Assembly (NCBI RefSeq): GCF_964355755.1
Contig: NC_092673.1
Coordinates: 24,921,648-24,985,647 of the forward strand
DNA: 64,000 nucleotides
From: Antedon mediterranea
Taxonomy: Eukaryota > Animalia > Echinodermata
Direction: 5' to 3'
In this document: in pieces, positions 53,458 to 64,000 of the stretch
Numbering within the stretch: the first letter of the stretch is position 1
Layout of the letters: the number at the start of each line of letters is the position of its first letter
Notes under the pieces: model-generated
The model's input: the letters and a program-made list of their open reading frames with translations, nothing else
Told to the model about the DNA's origin: nothing
Database searches by the model: none
Translations under genes and position numbers: made by a program

Positions 53458-56400
53458 TATTTGTGAGAAAATGGCGGATTGCACCTGGGAGTCACTTGGT
53501 GGGATTATACTAGGGGACCTCCTTAATCATCAAGTATAAGTTAGAGTAGAACCGCTGGTCCTGTTTACTCAGCCCTCATCTTTTAAATCTGAGTGTAACT
53601 CAATTACGATTTTTAATATTATAGTGAAATTTGATACTGTATTTGTGAGAAAATGGCGGATTGCCCCTGGGAGTCACTTGGTGGGATTATACTAGGGTAC
53701 CTCCTTAGTCGTGCAGTATAAGTTAGGGTGGGACCACTGGTCCCGTTTACTCAGCCCTCATCTTTTAAATCTGAGTGTAACTCAATTACGATTTTTAATA
53801 TTATAGTGAAATTTGATACTGTATTTGTGAGAAAATGGCGGATTGCTCCTGGGATTCACTTGGTGGGATTATACTAGGGTACCTCCTTAGTCGTGCAGTA
53901 TAAGTTAGGGTGGGACCACTGGTCCCGTTTACTCAGCCCTCATCTTTTAAATCTGAGTGTAACTCAATTACGATTTTTAATATTATAGTGAAATTTGATA
54001 CTGTATTTGTGAGAAAATGGCGGATTGCTCCTGGGAGTCACTTGGTGGGGTTATACTAGGGTACCTCCTTAGTCGTCCAGTATAAGTTAGAGTAGGACCG
54101 CTGGTCCTGTTTACTCAGCCCTCATCTTTTTAAATCTGAGTGTAACTCAATTACGATTTTAAATATTATAGTGAAATTTGGTACTGTATTTGTGAGAAAA
54201 CGGCGTATTGCTCCTGGAAGTCACTTGGTGGGATTATACTAGGGTACCTCCTTAGTTGTCCAGTATAAGTTAGAGTAGGGCCGCTGGTCTTGTTTACTCA
54301 GCCCTCATCTTTTAAATCTGAGTGTAACTCAATTACGATTTTTAATATTATAGTGAAATTTGGTACTGTATTTGTGAGAAAACGGCGGATTGCTCCTGGA
54401 AGTCACTCGGTGGGATTATACTAAGGTACCTCCTTAGTTGTCCAGTATAAGTTAGAGTAGGACCACTGGTCCTGTTTACTCAGCCCTCATCTTTTAAATC
54501 TGAGTGTAACTCAATTACGATCTTTAATATTATAGTGAAATTTGATACTGTATTTGTGAGAAAATGGCGGATTGCTCCTGGGAGTCACTAGGTGGGATTA
54601 TACTAGGGTACCTCCTTAGTCGTCCAGTATAAGTTAGAGTAGGACCACTGGTCCTTTTTACTCAGCCCTCATCTTTTAAATCTGAGTGTAACTCAATTAC
54701 GATTTTTAATATTATAGTGAAATTTGATACTGTATTTGTGAGAAAATGGCGGATTGCTCCTGGGAGTCACTTGGTGGGATTATACTAGGGTACCTCCTTA
54801 GTCGTCCAGTATAAGTTAGAGTAGGACCACTGGTCCCTTTTACTCAGCCCTCATCTTTTAAATCTGAGTGTAACTCAATTACGATTTTTAATATTATAGT
54901 GAAATTTGATACTGTATTTGTGAGAAAATGGCGGATTGCTCCTGTGAGTCACTTGGTCGGATTATACTAGGGTACCTCCTTAGTCGTCCAGTATAAGTTA
55001 GAGTAGGACCACTGGTCCTGTTTACTCAGCCCTCATCTTTTAAATCTGAGTGTAACTCAATTACGATTTTTAATATTATAGTGAATTTTGATACTGTATT
55101 TGTGAGAAAATGGCGGATTGCTCCTGGGAGTCACTTGGTGGGATTATACTTGAGTACCTCCTTAGTCGTCCAGTATAAGTTAGAGTAGGACCGCTGGCCC
55201 TGTTTACTCAGCCCTCATCTTTTAAATCTGAGTTTAACTCAATTACGATCTTTAATATTATAGTGAAATTTGATACTGTATTTGTGAGAAAATGGCGGAT
55301 TGCTCCTAGGAGTCACTTGGTGGGATTATACTAGGGGACCTCCTTAATCGTCCAGTATAAGTTAGAGTAGGACCGCTGGTCCCGTTTACTCAGACCTCAT
55401 CTTTTAAATCTGAGTGTAACTCAATTACGATTTTAAATATTATAGTGAAATTTGATACTGTATTTGTGAGAAAATGGAGGATTGCTCCTGGGAGTCACTT
55501 GGTGGGATTATACTAGGGTACCTCCTTAGTCGTCCAGTATAAGTTAGAGTAGGACCACTGGTCTTGTTTATTCAGCCCTCATCTTTTAAATCTGAGTGTA
55601 ACTCAATTACGATTTTTAATATTATAGTGAAATTTGATACTGTATTTGTGAGAAAATGGCGGATTGCTCCTGGGAGTCACTTGGTGGAATTATACTTGGG
55701 TACCTCCTTAGTCGTCCAGTATAAGTTAGAGTAGGACCGCTGGCCCTGTTTACTCAGCCCTCATCTTTTAAATCTGAGTGTAACTCAATTACGATCTTTA
55801 ATATTATAGTAAAATTTGATACTGTATTTGTGAGAAAATGGCGGATTGCTCCTAGGAGTCACTTGGTGGGATTATACTAGCGGACCTCCTTAATCGTCCA
55901 GTATAAGTTAGAGTAGGACCGCTGGTCCCGTTTACTCAGCCCTCATCTTTTAAATCTGAGTGTAACTCAATTACGATCTTTAATATTATAGTGAAATTTG
56001 ATACTGTATTTGTGAGAAAATGGCGGATTGCTCATAGGAGTCACTTGGTGGGATTATACTAGTGGACCTCCTTAATCGTCCAGTATAAGTTAGAGTAGGA
56101 CCGCTGGTCTTGTTTACTCAGCCCTCATCTTTTAAATCTGAGTGTAACTCAATTACGATTTTTAATATTATAGTGAAATTTGGTACTGTATTTGTGAGAA
56201 AATGGAGGATTGCTCCTGGGAGTCACTTGGTGGGATTATACTAGGGTACTTCCTTAGTCGTCCAGTATAAGTTAGAGTAGGACCGCTGGCCCTGTTTACT
56301 CAGCCCTCATCTTTTAAATCTGAGTGTAACTCAATTACGATATTTAATATTATAGTGAATTTTGATACTGTATTTGTGAGAAAATGGAGGATTGCTCCTG

Positions 56401-59400
56401 GGAGTCACTAGGTGGGATTATACTAGGGGACCTCCTTAATCGTCCAGTATAAGTTAGAGTAGGACCGCTGGTCCCGTTTACTCAGCCCTCATCTTTTAAA
56501 TCTGAGTGTAACTCAATTACAATTTTTTATATAGTGAAATTTGATACTGTATTTGTGAGAAAATGGCGGATTGCTCCTGGGAGTCACTTGGTGGGATTAT
56601 ACTAGGGTACATCCTTAGTCGAACAGTATAAGTTAGAGTAGGACCGCTGGTCCTATTTACTCAGCCCTCATCTTTTAAATCTGAGTGTAACTCAATTACA
56701 AATTTTTAATATTATAGTGAAATTTGATACTGTATTTGTGAGAAAATGGCGGATTGCTCCTGGGAGTCACTTGGTGGGATTATACTTGGGTACCTCCTTA
56801 GTCGTCCAGTATAAGTTAGAGTAGGACCGCTGGCCCTGTTTACTCAGCCCTCATCTTTTAAATCTGAGTGTAACTCAATTACGATCTTTAATATTATAGT
56901 AAAATTTGATACTGTATTTGTGAGAAAATGGCGGATTGCTCCTAGGAGTCACTTGGTGGGATTATACTAGCGGACCTCCTTAATCGTCCAGTATAAGTTA
57001 GAGTAGGACCGCTGGTCCCGTTTACTCAGCCCTCATCTTTTAAATCTGAGTGTAACTCAATTACGATCTTTAATGTTATAGTGAAATTTGATACTGTATT
57101 TGTGAGAAAATGGCGGATTGCTCATAGGAGTCACTTGGTGGGATTATACTAGTGGACCTCCTTAATCGTCCAGTATAAGTTAGAGTAGGACCGCTGGTCT
57201 TGTTTACTCAGCCCTCATCTTTTAAATCTGAGTGTAACTCAATTACGATTTTTAATATTATAGTGAAATTTGGTACTGTATTTGTGAGAAAACTGCGGAT
57301 TGCTCCTGGAAGTCACTCGGTGGGATTATACTAGGGTACCTCCTTAGTTGTCCAGTATAAGTTAGAGTAGGACCGTTGGTCCCGTTTACTCAGCCCTCAT
57401 CTTTTAAATCTGTGTGTAACTAGTGAAATTTGATACTGTATTTGTGAGAAAATGGCGGATTGCTCCTGGGAGTCACTTGGTGAGATTATACTAGGGTACC
57501 TCCTTAGTCGTCCAGTATAAGTTAGAGTAGGACCGCTGGTCTTGTTTACTCAGCCCTCATCTTTTAAATCTGAGTGTAACTCAATTACGATTTTTAATAT
57601 TATAGTGAAATTTGGTACTGTATTTGTGAGAAAACTGCGGATTGCTCCTGGAAGTCACTCGGTGGGATTATACTAGGGTACCTCCTTAGTTGTCCAGTAT
57701 AAGTTAGAGTAGGACCACTGGTCCTGTTTACTCAGCCCTCATCTTTTAAATCTGAGAGTAACTCAATTACGATCTTTAATATTATAGTGAAATTTGATAC
57801 TGTATTTGTGAGAAAATGGCGGATTGCTCCTGGGAGTCACTTGGTGGGATTATACTATTGGACCTCCTTAATCGTCCAGTATAAGTTAGAGTAGGACCGT
57901 TGGTCCCGTTTACTCAGCCCTCATCTTTTAAATCTGTGTGTAACTAGTGAAATTTGATACTGTATTTGTGAGAAAATGGCGGATTGCTCCTGGGAGTCAC
58001 TTGGTGAGATTATACTAGGGTACCTCCTTAGCCGTCCAGTATAAGTTAGAGTAGGACCGCTGGTCCTGTTTACTCAGCCCTCATCTTTTTAAATCTGAGT
58101 GTAACTCAATTACGATTTTAAATATTATAGTGAAATTTGGTACTGTATTTGTGAGAAAACGGCGGATTGCTCCTGGAAGTCACTCGGTGGGATTATACTA
58201 GGGTACCTCCTTAGTTGTCCAGTATAAGTTAGAGTAGGACCACTGGTCCTGTTTACTCAGCCCTCATCTTTTAAATCTGAGAGTAACTCAATTACGATCT
58301 TTAATATTATAGTGAAATTTGATACTGTATTTGTGAGAAAATGGCGGATTGCTCCTGGGAGTCACTTGGTGGGATTATACTAGTGGACCTCCTTAATCGT
58401 CCAGTATAAGTTAGAGTAGGACCGTTGGTCCCGTTTACTCAGCCCTCATCTTTTAAATCTGTGTGTAACTAGTGAAATTTGATACTGTATTTGTGAGAAA
58501 ATGGCGGATTGCTCCTGGGAGTCACTTGGTGAGATTATACTAGGGTACCTCCTTAGTCGTCCAGTATAAGTTAGAGTAGGACCGCTGGTCCTGTTTACTC
58601 AGCCCTCATCTTTTTAAATCTGAGTGTAACTCAATTACGATTTTAAATATTATAGTGAAATTTGGTACTGTATTTGTGAGAAAACGGCGGATTGCTCCTG
58701 GAAGTCACTCGGTGGGATTATACTAGGGTACCTCCTTAGTCGTCCAGTATAAGTTAGAGTAGGACCGCTGGTCCTGTTTACTCAGCCCTCATCCTTTAAA
58801 TCTGAGTGTAACTCAATAACGATTTTTAATATTATAGTGAAATTTGATACTGTATTTGTGAGAAAATGGCGGATTGCTCATGGGAGTCACTTGGTGGGAT
58901 TATACTAGGGTACCTCCTTAGTCGTCCAGTATAAGTTAGAGTAGGACCACTGGTCTTGTTTATTTAGCCCTCATCTTTTAAATCTGAGTGTAACTCAATT
59001 ACGATTTTTAATATTATAGTGAAATTTGATACTGTATTTGTGAGAAAATGGCGGATTGCTCCTGGGAGTCACTTGGTGGGATTATACTAGGGTACATCCT
59101 TAGTCGTCCAGTATAAGTTAAGGTGGGACCACTGGTCCCGTTTACTCAGCCCTCATCTTTTAAATCTGAGTGTAACTCAATTACGATTTTTAATATTATA
59201 GTGAAATTTGATACTGTATTTGTGAGAAAATGGCGGATTGCTCCTGGTAGTCACTTGGTGGGATTATACTAGTGTACCTCCTTAGTCGTCCAGTATAAGT
59301 TAGAGTAGGACCACTGGTCTTGTTTACTCAGCCCTCATCTTTTAAATCTGAGTGTAACTCAATTACGATTTTTAATATTATAGTGAAATTTGATACTGTA

Positions 59401-62400
59401 TTTGTAAGAAAATGGAGGATTGCTCCTGGGAGTCACTTGGTGGGATTATACTAGGGTACTTCCTTAGTCGTCCAGTATAAGTTAGAGTAGGACCGCTGGC
59501 CCTGTTTACTCAGCCCTCATCTTTTAAATCTGAGTGTAACTCAATTACGATCTTTAATATTACAGTGAATTTTGATACTGTATTTTTGAGAAAATGGAGG
59601 ATTGCTCCTGGGAGTCACTAGGTGGGATTATACTAGGGGACCTCCTTAATCGTCCAGTATAAGTTAGAGTAGGACCGCTGGTCCCGTTTACTCAGCCTTC
59701 ATCTTTTAAATCTGAGTGTAACTCAATTACAATTTTTTATATAGTGAAATTAGATACTGTATTTGTGAGAAAATGGAGGATTGTTCCTGGGAGTCACATA
59801 GTGGGATTATACTAAGTTACGTCCTTAGTCGTCAAGTATAAGTTAGAGTAGGACCGCTGGTCCTGTTTACTCAGCCCTCATCTTTTAAATTTGAGTGTAA
59901 CTCATTTACGATTTTTAAAATATAGTGAAATTTGATACTGTATTTGTGAGAAAACGGCGGATTGCTCCTGGAAGTCACTCGGTGGGATTATACTAGGGTA
60001 CCTCCTTAGTCGTCCAGTATAAGTTAGAGTAGGACCGCTGGTCCTGTTTACTCAGCCCTCATCCTTTAATTCTGAGTGTAACTCAATAACGATTTTTAAT
60101 ATTATAGTGAAATTTGATACTGTATTTGTGAGAAAATGGCGGATTGCTCATGGGAGTCACTTGGTGGGATTATACTAGGGTACCTCCTTAGTCGTCCAGT
60201 ATAAGTTAGAGTAGGACCACTGGTCTTGTTTATTCAGCCCTCATATTTTAAATCTGAGTGTAACTCAATTACGATTTTTAATATTATAGTGAAATTTGAT
60301 ACTGTATTTGTGAGAAAATGGCGGATTGCTCCTGGGAGTCACTTGGTGGGATTATACTAGGGTACATCCTTAGTCGTCCAGTATAAGTTAAGGTAGGACC
60401 ACTGGTCCCGTTTACTCAGCCTTCATCTTTTAAATCTGAGTGTAACTCAATTACGATTTTTAATATTATAGTGAAATTTGATACTGTATTTGTGAGAAAA
60501 TGGCGGATTGCTCCTGGTAGTCACTTGGTGGGATTATACTAGGGTACCTCCTTAGTCGTCCAGTATAAGTTAGAGTAGGACCACTGGTCCTGTTTACTCA
60601 GCCCTCATCTTTTAAATCTGAGTGTAACTCAATTACGATTTTTAATATTATAGTGAAATTTGATACTGTATTTGTGAGAAAATGGAGGATTGCTCCTGGG
60701 AGTCACTTGGTGGGATTATACTAGGGTACTTCCTTAGTCGTCCAGTATAAGTTAGAGTAGGACCGCTGGCTCTGTTTACTCAGCCCTCATCTTTTAAATC
60801 TGAGTGTAACTCAATTACGATCTTTAATATTATAGTGAATTTTGATACTGTATTTGTGAGAAAATGGAGGATTGCTCCTGGGAGTCACTAGGTGTGATTA
60901 TACTAGGGGACCTCCTTAATCGTCCAGTATAAGTTAGAGTAGGACCGCTGGTTCCGTTTACTCAGCCCTCATCTTTTAAATCTGAGTGTAACTCAATTAC
61001 AATTTTTTATATAGTGAAATTTGATACTGTATTTGTGAGAAAATGGCGGATTGCTCCTGGGAGTCACTTGGTGGGATTATACTAGGGTACATCCTTAGTC
61101 GAACAGTATAAGTTAGAGTAGGACCGCTGGTCCTGTTTACTCAGCCCTCATCTTTTAAATCTGAGTGTAACTCAATTACAAATTTTTAATATTATAGTGA
61201 AATTTGATACTGTATTTGTGAGAAAATGGCGGATTGCTCCTGGGAGTCACTTGGTGGGATTATACTTGGGTACCTCCTTAGTCGTCCAGTATAAGTTAGA
61301 GTAGGACCGCTGGCCCTGTTTACTCAGCACTCATCTTTTAAATCTGAATGTAACTCAATTACGATCTTTAATATTATAGTAAAATTTGATACTGTATTTG
61401 TGAGAAAATGGCGGATTGCTCCTAGGAGTCACTTGGTGGGATTATACTAGCGGACCTCCTTAATCGTCCAGTATAAGTTAGAGTAGGACCGCTGGTCCCG
61501 TTTACTCAGCCCTCATCTTTTAAATCTGAGTGTAACTCAATTACGATCTTTAATATTATAGTGAAATTTGATACTGTATTTGTGAGAAAATGGCGGATTG
61601 CTCATAGGAGTCACTTGGTGGGATTATACTAGTGGACCTCCTTAATCGTCCAGTATAAGTTAGAGTAGGACCGCTGGTCTTGTTTACTCAGCCCTCATCT
61701 TTTAAATCTGAGTGTAACTCAATTACGATTTTTAATATTATAGTGAAATTTGGTACTGTATTTGTGAGAAAACGGCGGATTGCTCCTGGAAGTCACTCGG
61801 TGGGATTATACTAGGGTACCTCCTTAGTTGTCCAGTATAAGTTAGAGTAGGACCACTGGTCCTGTTTACTCAGCCCTCATCTTTTAAATCTGAGTGTAAC
61901 TCAATTACGATCTTTAATATTATAGTGAAATTTGATACTGTATTTGTGAGAAAATGGCGGATTGCTCCTGGGAGTCACTTGGTGGGATTATACTAGGGTA
62001 CCTCCTTAGTCGTCCAGTATAAGTTAGTGTAGGACCGCTGGTCTTGTTTATTCAGCCCTCATCTTTTAAATCTGAGTGTAACTCAATTACGATTTTTAAT
62101 ATTATAGTGAAATTTGATACTGTATTTGTGAGAAAATGGAGGATTGTTCCTGGGAGTCACTTGGTGGGATTATACTAGGGTACTTCCTTAGTCGTCCAGT
62201 ATAAGTTAGAGTAGGACCGCTGGCCCTGTTTACTCAGCCCTCATCTTTTAAATCTGAGTGTAACTCAATTACGATCTTTAATATTATAGTGAATTTTGAT
62301 ACTGTATTTGTGAGAAAATGGAGGATTGTTCCTGGGAGTCACTAGGTGGGATTATACTAGGGGACCTCGTTAATCGTCCAGTATAAGTTAGAGTAGGACC

Positions 62401-64000
62401 GCTGGTTCCGTTTACTCAGCCCTCATCTTTTAAATCTGAGTGTAACTCAATTACAATTTTTTATATAGTGAAATTTGATACTGTATTTGTGAGAAAATGG
62501 CGGATTGCTCCTGGGAGTCACTTGGTGGGATTATACTAGGGTACATCCTTAGTCGAACAGTATAAGTTAGAGTAGGACCGCTGGTCCTTTTTACTCAGCC
62601 CTCATTTTTTAAATCTGAGTGTAACTCAATTACGATCTTTAATATTATAGTGAAATTTGATACTGTATTTGTGAGAAAATGGCGGATTGCTCCTGGGAAT
62701 CACTAGGTGGGATTATACTAGGGTACCTCCTTAGTCGTCCAGTATAAGTTAGAGTAGGACCACTGGTCCTTTTTACTCAGCCCTCATCTTTTAAATCTGA
62801 GTGTAACTCAATTACGATTTTTAATGTTATAGTGAAATTTGATACTGTATTTGTGAGAAAATGGCGGATTGCTCCTGGGAGTCACTTGGTCGGATTATAC
62901 TAGGGTACCTCCTTAGTCGTCCAGTATAAGTTAGAGTAGGACCACTGGTCCTGTTTACTCAGCCCTCATCTTTTAAATCTGAGTGTAACTCAATTACGAT
63001 TTTTAATATTATAGTGAAATTTGATACTGTATTTGTGAGAAAATGGCGGATTGCTCCTGGGAGTCACTTGGTGGGATTATACTTGAGTACCTCCTTAGTC
63101 GTCCAGTATAAGTTAGAGTAGGACCGCTGGCCCTGTTTACTCAGCCCTCATCTTTTAAATCTGAGTGTAACTCAATTACGATCTTTAATATTATAGTGAA
63201 ATTTGATACTGTATTTGTGAGAAAATGGCGGATTGCTCCTAGGAGTCACTTGGTGGGATTATACTAGGGGACCTCCTTAATCGTCCAGTATAAGTTAGAG
63301 TAGGACCGCTGGTCCCGTTTAATCAGACCTCATCTTTTAAGTCTGAGTGTAACTCAATTACGATTTTTTATATACTGAATTTTGATACTGTATTTGTGAG
63401 AAAATGGCGGATTGCTCCTGGGAGTCACTTGGTGGGATTATACTAGGGTACCTCCTTAGTCGTCCAGTATAAGTTAGAGTAGGACCACTGGTCTTGTTTA
63501 CTCAGCCCTCATCTTTTAAATCTGAGTGTAACTCAATTACGATTTTTTATATAGTGAAATTTGATACTGTATTTGTGAGAAAATGGCGGATTGCTCCTGG
63601 GAGTCACTTGGTGAGATTATACTAGGGTACCTCCTTAGTCGTCCAGTATAAGTTAGAGTAGGACCGCTGGTCCTGTTTACTCAGCCCTCATCTTTTTAAA
63701 TCTGAGTGTAACTCAATTACGATTTTAAATATTATAGTGAAATTTGGTACTGTATTTGTGAGAAAATGGCGGATTGCTCATGGGAGTCACTTGGTGGGAT
63801 TATACTAGGGTACCTCCTTAGTCGTCCAGTATAAGTTAGAGTAGGACCACTGGTCTTGTTTATTCAGCCCTCATCTTTTAAATCTGAGTGTAACTCAATT
63901 ACGATTTTTAATATTATAGTGAAATTTGATAATACTGTATTTGTGAGAAAATGGCGGATTGCTCCTGGGAGTCACTTGGTGGGATTATACTAGGGTACAT
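53458..64000. repeat. 182-bp satellite array, ~58 monomers, continuing past the window end
   Basis: TTGTGAGAAAATGGCGGATTG recurs at 53461, 53643, 53825 and onward (period 182), with 160-, 180- and 183-bp variants. Confidence 0.98.

Noticed and set aside
53458-64000. CRISPR-like regular array
   Set aside because: Whole monomers repeat with no unique spacers, there are no cas genes, and the context is eukaryotic.

Overview
AT-rich, intron-rich animal DNA, most likely an echinoderm. That call is an inference from the TAGGCCTA-rich tracts, the Renilla-luciferase-like gene and the Deu-type SINEs. Six protein-coding genes are tightly packed: NELFA (+, 10 exons), ARMH3/C10orf76 (-), an intronless haloalkane dehalogenase/Renilla-luciferase-like gene (+), CUTC (-), MRPL35 (+) and a HEATR4-like gene (-). 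A 182-bp satellite array of more than 10 kb runs off the right edge. The most striking structure is in NELFA intron 1: a three-level nested transposon stack, each layer with its own TIRs and TSD. A 90-bp-TIR element contains a CACAG-ended, 4-bp-TSD Chapaev/RAG1-like relic, which in turn contains a P-like element. The RAG1-like layer has bipartite ends whose spacers differ by 10 bp, recalling RSS 12/23 asymmetry. Other notable items are a 5S rRNA+tRNA+Deu-like SINE about 12 bp after the NELFA stop codon, a minisatellite of splice-donor-like units, candidate micro/cassette exons and TAGGCCTA tracts near the 5' ends of five genes. Homology calls come from recalled protein motifs, not database searches, and exon boundaries were read by eye.
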